Positions 38,340 to 49,295 of a DNA stretch of 64,000 bases are shown piece after piece. Made by a program: the position numbers and the translations under genes. The notes under the pieces are model-generated. The model worked only from the letters and a program-made list of their open reading frames with translations. It was not told the origin of the DNA and did no database searches. The DNA lies in assembly GCA_963675595.2 (NCBI GenBank), contig CAXXLZ010000003.1, positions 96,001-160,000 on the forward strand, in the 5' to 3' direction. The stretch comes from Thermodesulfobacteriota bacterium. Its GTDB lineage: Bacteria; Desulfobacterota; Desulfarculia; JACQYL01. How positions within the stretch are numbered: the stretch's first letter is position 1; each line of letters opens with the position of its first letter.

Positions 38340-39329
38340 CTACCTATAGGAGGTCTGGAGTGCCTCCAGAGCCTGGGCCACGAACCCGTTGCGTGCGAGA
38401 AACACGAACCAGACCAGGATCGCCAGGCACATCAATGCCGAGCCCGCTGCGGCCCATGCTTTCGGGCCTCGCGGAAACCGGCGTCGGCTACGTTGATGCC
38501 TTTCCTCCCCGGCTTCGACGATCCCGCTCACATATCCCAGCTCAGCCGCGCATTCCTCCACGGTCTGCTGCGTTACCCGTTTTTCGTCTTTGCTGAAGGT
38601 TGTGATCAATGCGTGGTCGCACAGGATGTTGATCCGTCTGGGATATCCGTGAGTATATCTGCGAATCAGAGTGCAGGTTTCCTGTGGAAAGATTCCCTCT
38701 ATCGGGGTACCCGCCACACGCATTCGGTGAGAAATATAAGCGAAGCATTCGTCCACGCTTAAAGGGCGGATGTGGTACCTCAACGCAATCCGTTGGTAGA
38801 GCGCCCTCATTTCTTCCCGGGAGAGAAGTTCCAGAAGTTCGGGTTGGCCCACGAGAACGATGGTAAGGAGTTTGCCTTTGGCCGTTTCAATATTTGAAAG
38901 GAGTCGGATTTCTTCCGCCAATTCGGCGGTGATCTTCTGCGCCTCGTCCACGATCAGGACGAAACGCTTTCCGACACGGAGAAGTTGCTTGAGGAATCTC
39001 TCGAACAATACCAGAAACTCGGCTTTGTTGAGATGATTCGGGAGTTTCAGTTTTCGTGCGATATAGATTCTGAACTCGGAGGGAGTCATCATTGGGTTGG
39101 CGATGAACAAGCCCAGGGTTTCGTTCCGGATGTTTCGGGTCAATGTGTACAACAAAGTCGTTTTTCCCGTGCCAACTTCGCCAGTTAGAAGAACAAAACC
39201 CTTCTGAGACTGTATTCCGTACGTGAGATACGCCAAACCTTCCTTGTGTGTTTCGGTAAGAAACAGGGTGTCCGGGTCGGGAGTCAGTTCAAACGGCCTG
39301 TTATGCAGGCCGAAATAGTCAATATACAT
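38340..39329 (-). CDS. ExeA-like secretion AAA ATPase (PEP-CTERM locus type)
   Basis: MYIDYFGL..RPFELTPD start; GEVGTGKT; IVDEAQ; LVGQPEL; GYPRRINILCD; C-terminal TM. Confidence 0.9.
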   Translation of the reverse strand: MYIDYFGLHNRPFELTPDPDTLFLTETHKEGLAYLTYGIQSQKGFVLLTGEVGTGKTTLLYTLTRNIRNETLGLFIANPMMTPSEFRIYIARKLKLPNHLNKAEFLVLFERFLKQLLRVGKRFVLIVDEAQKITAELAEEIRLLSNIETAKGKLLTIVLVGQPELLELLSREEMRALYQRIALRYHIRPLSVDECFAYISHRMRVAGTPIEGIFPQETCTLIRRYTHGYPRRINILCDHALITTFSKDEKRVTQQTVEECAAELGYVSGIVEAGEERHQRSRRRFPRGPKAWAAAGSALMCLAILVWFVFLARNGFVAQALEALQTSYR

Positions 39330-39757
39330 GGGCCGACTCGGAAAGTTCCGGTTTAGAGTTTGTGTTGATTCCTCGTCCCATAGTTCATGGTAATTGATTG
39401 TACCACGATTTATCTTGAGTATTTCTTCATCCTGTGGCTTAAATTCAGTACCGGAAGCACCACGATTTGGTCTCTGGTCGGACGTTCGGCGAGAGAAGTA
39501 AGGATTGGAGACTACGTCCGTCGGAATAAGCCTATCGGCGTGCCCGGGTCCGTCCCGTATGGGCATGACCCTCCGATGCAGGGTGGAGTGTATGTCGGTG
39601 CATATGGCGGAGCAAGGATGATTTTGGGGGTGAGTAAATAGGCATGGTAAATACCTATTCGTGCCCGGAATCCGGTCGTGTTGCACGATAATGGCTTTAT
39701 TGTAAGAAATTTTGTTCAGTCTTGAATTCAAGAAAGAGCAAAATTGATGGATTGCGC

Positions 39758-40453
39758 ATGAAAGGTTTCGGTATCGCGGTCTCAGCCCGAACAGGTCCCT
39801 ACCTCGCTTTTGCCGGCGCCGTCTTTTTGGGGCCTTACTTGGGGTTTGCGTATCCGTGGAATCTCTACCTGGGATATGGTTTGGCGGCCGCTTTGCTCTT
39901 GGGTTTTCGGAAGAGGTACGCGGAGTTGGTATTTTTTCGAAAGAACGCCTCCGCTTCCGCATTGCCGTGGGGCGTCCTCGCCGGGTTGGTCGGCGCATTT
40001 GTGTGGATCGCTCCTTACCATTTTCTGCCCGGCCTGCACGAAACGGACTCGGTGTTCGGTATGTTCGGAGAGGCGCGCGAGGGCTTTGACCTGAATCGTT
40101 TCGAGCCTTTTTATGCGAGCGTGGGGCATGCCCTTGGGAGGAGCATGGGGTACGTACTCGTCACTCCACTCTTCGAAGAACTCTTCATTCGTTCCTTTCT
40201 GATTCGATATCTCGTCGAGACCGATTTCGAGACGGTTCCCATGGGGACCTATACCCGGTTCTCGTTTTGGGGGACGGCCTTGTTCTTCTCGTTGACCCAT
40301 CCGGAATGGATCGTCGCCTTTTTTTTCTCTGTGCTGTTGAATGGTTTGCTGATACTTACCAAACGGCTGGAGGCTTGCGTGGTTGCCCATGCGGTCGCCA
40401 ATCTGATACTGATTCTCTATGTCTTATTGACAGGCAACTCCCGCTTATGGTGA
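39758..40453 (+). CDS. CAAX prenyl protease-related (CPBP) protein
   Basis: PLFEELFIRSF, FSLTH, AHAVAN motifs; multi-TM. Confidence 0.85.
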   Translation: MKGFGIAVSARTGPYLAFAGAVFLGPYLGFAYPWNLYLGYGLAAALLLGFRKRYAELVFFRKNASASALPWGVLAGLVGAFVWIAPYHFLPGLHETDSVFGMFGEAREGFDLNRFEPFYASVGHALGRSMGYVLVTPLFEELFIRSFLIRYLVETDFETVPMGTYTRFSFWGTALFFSLTHPEWIVAFFFSVLLNGLLILTKRLEACVVAHAVANLILILYVLLTGNSRLW

Positions 40454-40509
40454 ATTGCTTGCGGACTTGCAGACGCGCTCCACGTCCACGTCGTTCCAAA
40501 CGGGTTTCC

Positions 40510-41487
40510 ATGATCTCTCTTCATTCTCCAAACGAACGGGTGCGAGTTCAACGACGACCCGTCCATGCCTTTACCGTCGATCTCGAAGATTATTACCACA
40601 TCCACGCCTACAGCAGGGTCATCTCGAAAGAAAGTTGGGCCGCTTACCCGGCAAGAGTGGAAGACGGATTGAACCGTGTCCTGGGAATGCTGGACGAGTT
40701 CGGGGTCCGGGCCACCATTTTTGTTCTTGGATGGTTGGCGGAAAGAAAGAAACGACTGGTACGGCAGTGCCGGAACCTGGGACATGAGATTGCGTGCCAC
40801 GGATTCGACCATCAGGCGATCTACCTGAACGGACCCTCCCATTTCCGAGAGGATATTCGACGCTCGAAAAGCCTGCTTGAGGATATCATTGGGGCTCCCG
40901 TCCTTGGGTTTCGTGCTCCGACCTATTCCATTACGCCGAAGACGATGTGGGCTTTGAGGATCATTGCGGAGGAAGGCTTTGTATACGATTCCAGCCTGGT
41001 TTCCATTCGACATGACTATTACGGGTTTCCCGGCGCGCGAGAAGAACCGTTCGTGCTCCGATTTGGGAATTCCGAGGAGCGGCTGCGAGACCAAGTGCTC
41101 GGCCGCCCAGCCTCATGCGCCGAAAGGGATGGGGATGGACTTTCTCTTGCTGAATTTCCCATACGAACCGCACGCTTCGGGCGCTTACGAATTCCGGTTT
41201 GCGGAGGCGGATACTTTCGATTTTGGCCGTATACCGTGACTTTCCGGGCTATGAAGCGAATGGAGGAGGAAGGAAATCCCTTTATCTTCTATATTCACCC
41301 TTGGGAGGTATGCCGCGATCTTCCGCGTGTGCCCGGTGTGGGGTTCCGGTCGAGGTTCCGGACCCATTTGAACCTCGGGCGCACGGAAAACAGGCTGCGT
41401 CGTCTGCTCAAAGATTTCCGGTTCTCACCCGCGGAGGACGTGCTGGACCGGAACGGTTATGCTTTCTGGCGTGACAACCTCGGGTGA
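40510..41487 (+). CDS. Polysaccharide deacetylase, PEP-CTERM locus type
   Basis: FTVDLEDYY, ACHGFDH, GFRAPTYS, GGGYFRFWPY, FYIHPWE. Confidence 0.88.
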   Translation: MISLHSPNERVRVQRRPVHAFTVDLEDYYHIHAYSRVISKESWAAYPARVEDGLNRVLGMLDEFGVRATIFVLGWLAERKKRLVRQCRNLGHEIACHGFDHQAIYLNGPSHFREDIRRSKSLLEDIIGAPVLGFRAPTYSITPKTMWALRIIAEEGFVYDSSLVSIRHDYYGFPGAREEPFVLRFGNSEERLRDQVLGRPASCAERDGDGLSLAEFPIRTARFGRLRIPVCGGGYFRFWPYTVTFRAMKRMEEEGNPFIFYIHPWEVCRDLPRVPGVGFRSRFRTHLNLGRTENRLRRLLKDFRFSPAEDVLDRNGYAFWRDNLG

Positions 41488-41609
41488 AGCTTGGCTGCGC
41501 GGAACCCGAAGTATGAGCTTTCACCCGCTGAATCGCAGTTTCGGGAGGAGTCGGGGTTGAGGACGGATGCCGGCGAACCGTGCCCACATGCTTCTTCGAA
41601 TATTGGTAC

Positions 41610-42989
41610 TCAAGAAGTCCTTAAATGTCCCACGGCGATCCGATGCTTCTTTATCAGGTCGTGGAGCGTAGGCCTGCTGATCTGAAGCTCTTCCGCGGCT
41701 CTCGAAATGTTGAAGTCGTTGCGATTAAGTGCCCGGACGATTGCGTTCAACTCGGCATGGTCACGGGCTTCTCTTAGAGTCGTCAGGCCGTCCTCCGACG
41801 AGATCCCCAAATCCATGTCCGAGGGTCTGATTTCCGAGCTGTCGCTCATGATAAGCGCTCGCTTGATGCGGTTCTGAAGCTCCCGGACGTTTCCGGGCCA
41901 TGCGTGGGCCAGCATGGCTTCTAGACACCCGGGAGAGAATCTCTTGTTTGGAATTTTGTTCTCTCTCGCCGCTTCCAAAAGGAAGAACCGAGCCAACAGC
42001 ACGATGTCTTCTTTGCGGTCTCTTAGGGGAGGAATGACCAGGGGAACCACGTTGAGACGGTAGTACAGGTCCTCTCGGAAACGCTCGCGCTCCACGGCTT
42101 CCTTCAAGTCCACGTTGGTGGACGCGATCACTCGAACATCGACCTGAATCGGTGTGCGGGCTCCGATCCGTTCGAGCGTCCCTTCCTGCAGGAAGCGTAA
42201 CAACTTGACCTGTAGCTGTAAGGGCAGATCTCCCACTTCATCCAAGATGGCGGTGCCTTTGTGGGCGACCTCCAGCTTGCCGGGTCGAGCCGTGTGGGCT
42301 CCCGTGAAGGAGCCTTTTTCATGACCGAACAGCTCGCTTTCCAGCAGATTTTCGGGAATGGCGCCACAATTGATGATGACCAGCGGTTTTCCCCGCCGGG
42401 GACTTAAGTTGTAAATCGCCTTTGCGAGTCTCTCTTTGCCTGTTCCACTTTCGCCTTGGATCAGCACCGAATAGTCCGTGCGAGCCACCTTCATCGCCGT
42501 CTCGAAAAGCCGCATCATTGACTGTGCAGCCCCGATCATTTCTTCGAATGAGTTACCGGAGAAATGAGCGTCCCTGAGCTTTCGATTCTCTTCCTCTAGG
42601 GTCTGCAGTCGAGTGGCGCGTGACAGGATGACTTTCAGCTCCTGCAGGTCGATGGGTTTGCTGTAGTAGTCGTAGGCGCCCAGTTCCACCGCACGAAAAG
42701 CGCTTTCTTTGTCCGTGCTTCCGGTCACCACCACCACCTTCGTATCCGGAGCTTTGTCGAGAAGTTCTCTCATGATGAGGAAACCCTCGCTGGTGCCGTC
42801 CGGATCCGGAGGCAGCCCCAGGTCGAGACTGATCAGAGGCGGTTTTTCAGTTTCGACCATAGAGAGCGCATCCGTGCGGTTACCCGCGATGAGTACTTCG
42901 TACCGGTCCGAAAGCCCCCATTTCAGCTGCTTGGCGAGGCCTGGTTCGTCTTCGACAACCAAAAGTTTCGTCTTGGATTGCTGGATCAT
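41610..42989 (-). CDS. prsR: PEP-CTERM-box sigma-54 response regulator
   Basis: Receiver LDLGLPPDPD; GESGTGKE; GSFTGA; Fis HTH ISRPTLHDL; adjacent to prsK/prsT. Confidence 0.88.
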   Translation of the reverse strand: MIQQSKTKLLVVEDEPGLAKQLKWGLSDRYEVLIAGNRTDALSMVETEKPPLISLDLGLPPDPDGTSEGFLIMRELLDKAPDTKVVVVTGSTDKESAFRAVELGAYDYYSKPIDLQELKVILSRATRLQTLEEENRKLRDAHFSGNSFEEMIGAAQSMMRLFETAMKVARTDYSVLIQGESGTGKERLAKAIYNLSPRRGKPLVIINCGAIPENLLESELFGHEKGSFTGAHTARPGKLEVAHKGTAILDEVGDLPLQLQVKLLRFLQEGTLERIGARTPIQVDVRVIASTNVDLKEAVERERFREDLYYRLNVVPLVIPPLRDRKEDIVLLARFFLLEAARENKIPNKRFSPGCLEAMLAHAWPGNVRELQNRIKRALIMSDSSEIRPSDMDLGISSEDGLTTLREARDHAELNAIVRALNRNDFNISRAAEELQISRPTLHDLIKKHRIAVGHLRTS

Positions 42990-43013
42990 ATTCGCTTTCC
43001 CGGTCGAGCCGAA

Positions 43014-45089
43014 TCAGTCGCACGACAACGGCAGTTCGATGGTAAATGCGGCGCCTTCGTCGACTTCGCTTCGGACATCAATGGTGCCGCCCATGAGCTC
43101 GGTATAGTGCCGCACCTGCCACAGCCCGATACCTAGTCCATTAGGCTTGTTGGAATGGAAAGGTTTAAAAAGCCTGTTCTGCAGGAAATCGCAGGACATA
43201 CCGATTCCATTGTCCGAGAGTTTGATGATTGCACGGTGATTTTTCGAAAATAAAGCCAGCTCGATCCTGCCTCGGTCGTGCGAAGCGTCCTTTGCGTTGA
43301 GAAAAAGATTCTCGAGTATGGTTGTGATCCAGACCGGTACCCCATTGATCCTGAGGTTGGGTTCGACCGACCAGTCCAGCCGGATTCCCTGCCAACGGCC
43401 GACCATGTTTTCACAAAAGGAGGCCACTTGTTGCGACAGAGCACATGGTTCCATCTCATGTTTCTCGGAGCTGGTGGGGAACTGAAGACGGTTCATGGCT
43501 TTTTGCACTCTCTGGTGAGCGTTACGAATCGCCTCCAGTAAGTCTTCCTGATACTCGGGGTTGGAGATATGCTCGTGAGCGCCCTGCGTCAGCAGGGAAA
43601 GCAATGAAGCCGCATTCTTCAGGTCGTGCAGCACAAAGGCGTTCAGTTTGTTGAGTAGAGCCAGTTCCCGAGCTCTACCCAAATCCTCGCCCAATTTGAT
43701 GGACATGAGGGCCACCGACGCCTGTGAGCAAATTGCCGTAACCAGATCCAGATCATCCTGAATATAAGGTTGCCCGGTCAACTCTTGGTTCAACGTAACC
43801 AGTCCGAAGAATTCTTCTCCACACTTCAGAGGGACCGCCAAATGTACGTCGTGGATCTGAACGAAGCTTTCCGCCTCATGGGGGAGTCGGGATTCCGCAG
43901 GGGTATTTTCCGCATCGTGATCGTTCGCGAGGAAGAAGGAACAGCGCTGCATAAACGCAACGAACGGCTCGTCCGGCGGGACCCTATCCGAAGTTGACCC
44001 TTTTGGCTTCAATGGTGTGACGTGTCCTGATTCATCTTTGACCCACAGATCAATTCCCTTGGAGAACATACTTTCTTCGAGGATGGCCTGCAGACTTTGA
44101 AGCACCTCGTTCCGAGTGGTGGCCCTGGACAACAGATCGGAAAAACGAGTCCATTCGTAGCGATAATCATACTTGTTCTCGAAGAAATGGGTGTTCACAT
44201 AATGCTTCACTCTTCTTCTTACGTCCGTCGAAAGTAGAATCACCACTGTGCAGAGACCCGTGACGAAAATGAACATCCACTTGACGATGAAGGGGACGGA
44301 GAAGCCCAAGTAGCGGATGCCTAAACCGATGACTCCCAAGGCTAGGAGATAGAGCCCTACGAAAGTGAGACCGAAGGATTTATAAACGATATACCGAGAG
44401 ACAAAGATATCCAGGTCGAAAAGTTTGTGCCTTACGACAAAGAAAAGGAACAGCCCCAGGCCGATAATCAACATGGCTGAGTAGAGGGGTAGATGAGCCG
44501 GTTCCACCACCCGGTAGGTCAGCCGCAGGCCGGCTTGGAAGATGATGACCCCCGAAACAATGAACACGCCCAGGACCGGGTACTTGATCATATGACGTTC
44601 GGGCGGAGAGCCCTGCTGAAATACGCTTTCCAGCCTCCAGAGTACCACCAGAGAAGGAAGAAGCAGGTACAGGCCGTCAAGTCTGCCGAGCCAACCCACA
44701 AACAGGACCTGGCCTGTGTCCAATGAATAGACGAAGACTTCGTGGGGGCTGAGCGCGGTTAATAAAGTCAGGGCGCACCCTGAGGCGAGTGTCGCACCTG
44801 CCAGGAAGGTTACGAGTCTTCCGGAAGACCGCGGAGGTTTGAAACTGTAAAGGAGGCCGGTGGACCACAGAGCTACGAAAGCCGCTTCCAAAGAGAAGAA
44901 GAGCCGCACGGAGGCTGCGGAGCCAAATTCGAGAAGGCTGAATGCGGCCGATTCTCTGGCGGCCAGCGCCAGGAAGGCCGCCGAGAGAAGCAGGGTGGAC
45001 CGTTTCCGTGGACCTTTGAATACAAACAGCAAAGCCCCTACGAAGGATAAAAGGCAAAGCACCGCTGGAATGAAAGGCTCAATATACAT
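43014..45089 (-). CDS. prsK: PEP-CTERM system sensor histidine kinase
   Basis: N-terminal TMs, KYDYRYEW, GAF, FVLHDLKN, DNGIGM, GLGIGLWQ. Confidence 0.88.
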   Translation of the reverse strand: MYIEPFIPAVLCLLSFVGALLFVFKGPRKRSTLLLSAAFLALAARESAAFSLLEFGSAASVRLFFSLEAAFVALWSTGLLYSFKPPRSSGRLVTFLAGATLASGCALTLLTALSPHEVFVYSLDTGQVLFVGWLGRLDGLYLLLPSLVVLWRLESVFQQGSPPERHMIKYPVLGVFIVSGVIIFQAGLRLTYRVVEPAHLPLYSAMLIIGLGLFLFFVVRHKLFDLDIFVSRYIVYKSFGLTFVGLYLLALGVIGLGIRYLGFSVPFIVKWMFIFVTGLCTVVILLSTDVRRRVKHYVNTHFFENKYDYRYEWTRFSDLLSRATTRNEVLQSLQAILEESMFSKGIDLWVKDESGHVTPLKPKGSTSDRVPPDEPFVAFMQRCSFFLANDHDAENTPAESRLPHEAESFVQIHDVHLAVPLKCGEEFFGLVTLNQELTGQPYIQDDLDLVTAICSQASVALMSIKLGEDLGRARELALLNKLNAFVLHDLKNAASLLSLLTQGAHEHISNPEYQEDLLEAIRNAHQRVQKAMNRLQFPTSSEKHEMEPCALSQQVASFCENMVGRWQGIRLDWSVEPNLRINGVPVWITTILENLFLNAKDASHDRGRIELALFSKNHRAIIKLSDNGIGMSCDFLQNRLFKPFHSNKPNGLGIGLWQVRHYTELMGGTIDVRSEVDEGAAFTIELPLSCD

Positions 45090-45183
45090 GGAACACGGCG
45101 TCCATAGATGACGTGCCCGTTCAGGGCGGTTTGCCGAAAAGGATGCAATCGGCGGTTTATGGCATCAATCCACTTCCGAGACT

Positions 45184-47579
45184 TCAGGAATCTTGAATTC
45201 CTTTTAGCTCCTTCTCCGCAGTTTCGGCCTCGGGAAAGTCCGAACTGATCGTCAGAGCCTTCTCCAGGTACTCCTTGGCTTTACCTCTATCTTGGTTGGC
45301 CAGATAAGCCATTCCCAAGTGATAGTTCACTTCGGGATTGTCTGGGAGAGCCTCTTGGGCTTCCTGCAAATAGGACAAGGCAAAGGCATATGACTTCTTG
45401 AGATAGTAAATCCAACCGAGCGTGTCGTTGACCGACGGATCTTCGGGCAGGGCGTTCTTGGCTTTCTGGGCGTAAGCCAGCGCTTCGTCGATGTTGCCTC
45501 CACGTTTGAGAAGAATCCACGCAAGGTTGTTCGCGGCCGCACCCATGTCGGGCTTGATCTCCAGAGCCCTTCTCGTGTGTGATTCCGCAGCGGCGTAGTC
45601 CTCCTTGCCGATATTGATCGTCGCCAGGAGCAGATGCGCGGATACGTTCTCCGGATCTTTCTTCAGCAACTCTTCATACTTGGCGATGGCCTCCTTGTCC
45701 CTTTTTTCAACCATATAAAGGCCTGCCAAGTCGAAATAGGGAGGGGCGTAGTCGGGATTCAGCTCAAGAGACTGGTTGAACTCCTTTTCCGCCTGGTCCG
45801 ATTTCCCAGCCTGGAAGTATATCTTGCCCAAAAGGGCGTGAATGTGGAACGTCCGATCCGCTTTCGCCAACTGCTGCTTACAGAGTGCAATCGCATCCTC
45901 CACCCGATTCTCCTCCATGCGCATCATCACAAGGTTTCGGAGGGCTCCGTCGTGTCCCGGAACAAGTGCCAGGGTTTTCTCAAGGTAACGCTCAGCCTCG
46001 TCATTCTTCCCGGTCAGGCGGTAGAATACGCCCATCTTGAAATTGCCTGCCGGATGGTTCGGATCGATTTCCAAAACCTTGGTGAGCGCTTCTTTCACTT
46101 TGTCCGCATCGTTTTTCATTGCGGCGCCGTCGGCCAGAAGCAAATAGGCCCCCGTGTCCCGTGGGTTATTTTCAAGTATGGCCCGGGCCTGCCGGTTCAC
46201 TTCATCCACGTTTCGCTCCTTCAGCGCCAAAGCGCCCAGGAGAAGTCGCGCCTTGGCGAAGCGGGGCATGGATTCCACCACGTCGTGAAGAGCCGAGGAG
46301 GCTTGTTTTTCGTCGTTCATTGCCAGATGGGCCAACGCCTTATAATACTTGGCGAGACCGGCGTTGGGGTCTTCCTTAAGAATACCGTCAAACTTCTCCA
46401 ACGCTTCACGAGGCTTGCCGGCTTTTAACTCCAATTCGCCCAGGATCATAAGCGCCCCAGCTTCACCGGGATGCTCTTTGAGAATCCGTTCAGCCCACTC
46501 GCGCGCTTCGTTCGGCTTTCCAAAGTCGGCATACAAGCGGGATATCGCCAGGGGTAGGCCGACCGATTCCGGATCCTTTTCCAGAGCCGCGTTCAAATTC
46601 TTCAGAGCCCGGTCAAAGTCGCGCCTTGCGGCATAATACGCGCCTATAGCTTGATATGGCTCAGGTCTATCAGGCAGATGCTCTCGGGCTTGTTCCAGAA
46701 TCCCGAGAGCGGCGTCCGCCCGGTTCCGGGCAAGATAGAAGCCGGCCAATGCTTGGTAATGGCCGATGTCGTCGGGTTCCTCGGTAATAATTCTTTTGAG
46801 GATGGACTCGACCTCTGCGTGTTTTCCCCGACGAGCGTAGGAAAGCGCCAAACGTTTCAGAGCGGGTACCGAGCCGGGATGTAATTTCAGGTACTCTCGA
46901 ATGGAATCCTCCTCCAGGTCCCATTCTTTCTGTTTTCCGTAGTAGGAAGCTAAGGCAAAGTACGGCTCGATTTTGTCGGGTTCCGTTCTGACACCTTCCC
47001 GGTAATAATCCAAAGCTTCTTTTGAGTGTCCCTGTTTGTCCAGAAGTGCGGCCAATTTGAGGTAACCGGAGGAATCTCCCGGTCTCATTTCTATGTACTG
47101 CCGGAGTCTTTTTTCTGATTCCGCCCATTGCTCCCGTCGTATTGCGATGTTGGCCAGAAGCATCACCGCATCGGCGTTGTCGGGCTCCTTCTCCAGCACG
47201 AACCCGATATGTCGTTCCGCGTCTTCGTACTTTCCCGCCAAGAGGTAAAATCCGGCGAGCTTCTTTCGTGCCTCCACGTTTTGTGGGTTCAGGTCTACGG
47301 TCGATCGGAGGGCCTGAAAGGCCTCTCTGGGCTTCTTGAGCTCGATGTAGCAAAGTGCCAGCTTGTACTGGGCTTCACCATGCTTGGGATCGATAGCCAG
47401 TGCGTTTCGATATTGAATGGCGGCTTCCGCGAACTTCCCCTCCTGAAAGTACTTGGATGCGTCGGCCATAAATTCGGCCTTCTTAGCGGCATCGTCGGCA
47501 CATGAGACAAGAAGAACCGCGGTAAATACCAGAAGAAGGGAACGGGCTATAATGTGAGAGTGGGACGGTGCAGAAGCAT
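45184..47579 (-). CDS. prsT: PEP-CTERM system TPR-repeat lipoprotein (start codon out of frame with signal peptide)
   Basis: Many TPRs, ANNLAW/DTLGWIY C-terminus; in-frame lipobox LVSC (Cys 47500-47502) upstream of the track start 47469; RBS-linked ATG at 47579 is one base out of frame. Confidence 0.75.
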
Positions 47580-48364
47580 GGCTGCCTCCCGGTGAAGGGT
47601 TGGAAATCTGATTATCGTCCGAATTTAGCCGATCATGGATATCGTGACAAGGTTCTTAAGTCGATCCGGCACGAAAACGTCAGCGCGAAGCCTGTTTTTG
47701 GTTCGACCGATGAATGAAAACCTCAAAGGCCGTTATCAGAGCACTTCCGATCGATCGGCCGGACGGCAACGGGTATGCCTAACCGGTGGTCGCCTCAGTT
47801 TTTTCATCGGTAGCTCGATCGGGAAAGACTCTGGTGCCGCGCCGTGTATCCGGATGTTGTTCCTTATGATCGTTTTCCGATGCCGTTGGTCGTATCGGAG
47901 GAGTCCGATCCCAGCTAATAGGTACTTTTGGGGATCAGTGGAAACAATTCCGACTCCATAACGTGCGCTTGAGCATATCGCGTACTGAGAGCATCCAAAA
48001 ATATCAATCAGTTTCGGGTAGTTAGCTTAAAACGATGTCCGTGATATACTGTTAAAATTTCCGACACCCCATCGGATACTCATTGTCTTGGAAGAGGTTA
48101 GCCGCCCGGTCGGGACAACGGCCCATTGAGAGGGCATCTTCATGCGTTCCGCGCCGGAAGGCCGGCAGGGGATGGAATGGCCGGAACCGATGATTTCGGA
48201 ATAAGTAATGACACCGTAGGGAAGTCGGGTTGTCAATCGGCCCTGCGGTCGCCCTGATTGGGCCCTAAAGGAGGTCATTTTCTCTGCGACGCTCTCCTCG
48301 ACGGATGGCGCAGTTCAGTAGCCGCTTGGGAAGAGCGGAGCGGGTGCTGGGAGCGGTTCCAAAA

Positions 48365-48799
48365 TTACATGAGGCGTTGAACGTCTGTTACGTGGTTTTT
48401 TAGAAAAAAATCAAGTTTTCTTTCTTGTTCATCAGTCAGATCCGTGAATTCCAATCCGCAACACCGATTCTCAAAAAGTGAGGCTGAAAAGCTGCCTGTA
48501 TAGTCAACGCGCACATCGTACACCAACCTGCAGGAGATTCTCATGATATGAAAGGTTTCCCGCGAGACGAAGATGTCGATTTGTGAGGAGTCTTTTGGGC
48601 GGCTGTTTTCTTCATCTTCGCCGTAGTCCAGATATTCGAAAGCCACTCCGCTCTTGCTGATGTTCCGGATTCGTCCAAGACGAAAGAAATCGGGTCTGAG
48701 TGCCGCAAAGGCCAATACTTTAGGCGAAAAGCGCCGGTGCCTCCTCTTCTCCTTGTTGGTGTCCTCGACTCCTTCCTCAATACGACCGTGCTTTTCCAT
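48365..48799 (-). CDS. PilZ domain protein
   Basis: EKRRHRRF (RxxxR) and NISKSG (D/NxSxxG), CGLEF. Confidence 0.8.
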   Translation of the reverse strand: MEKHGRIEEGVEDTNKEKRRHRRFSPKVLAFAALRPDFFRLGRIRNISKSGVAFEYLDYGEDEENSRPKDSSQIDIFVSRETFHIMRISCRLVYDVRVDYTGSFSASLFENRCCGLEFTDLTDEQERKLDFFLKNHVTDVQRLM

Positions 48800-49053
48800 G
48801 CCGTTTCCAGTTTCAATGGATGAGCAAGCTGTTTTCACCTTTGGGGAACTTCCTTCCGGCCGGCAAGCGTCCGCTGTTATGAAGCGGGTTGTCTGAATTC
48901 GGGGCTCCACGAACCGGGACTTTGTCCGGCGGTCGGAAAATCAAGATCCGCATCGGCCGTCCTTGTGGTTCCGTTACCTGATGGTAGAGACGTTCAGGCG
49001 ACCCCGTGGCGATTCGGATGATTACACGGGTGAAAAAGTTGTAGATGTACTAG

Positions 49054-49068
49054 GCAACTCCCGTGCCA
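49054..49068 (-). promoter_or_regulatory. Sigma-54 -24/-12 promoter upstream of PilZ gene
   Basis: Minus strand TGGCAC-GGGAG-TTGC, exact consensus. Confidence 0.7.
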
Positions 49069-49295
49069 ATCTAAGAAACAAAGAGCCGGGCCAATTTGGG
49101 CGGATAGGGCTTGGCGTGTGATAAGAATTCCGACGGTTTGCGCGCCGCCCTGCGATGGGGAAGTGGCTTGAAGAGATGTATTCCGTTTAGAGCGGAGCGC
49201 TCGACATGGCCGGACTTGGTGCTTGAACGCCGAGGGCAAAGTCGGGGTGGAACAGAGGTTTCGGCTTACGGGAAGACCCGAAGCCTACAAGTTTG

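Noticed and set aside
39640-39690. gggcacgaatagg as a sigma-54 promoter for the ATPase operon
   Set aside because: No GC at -12.
39330-39998. 222-aa N-terminal extension of the ExeA-like ATPase
   Set aside because: Overlaps the CAAX gene antisense and an intergenic region; the family-typical start is MYIDYFGL at 39329.
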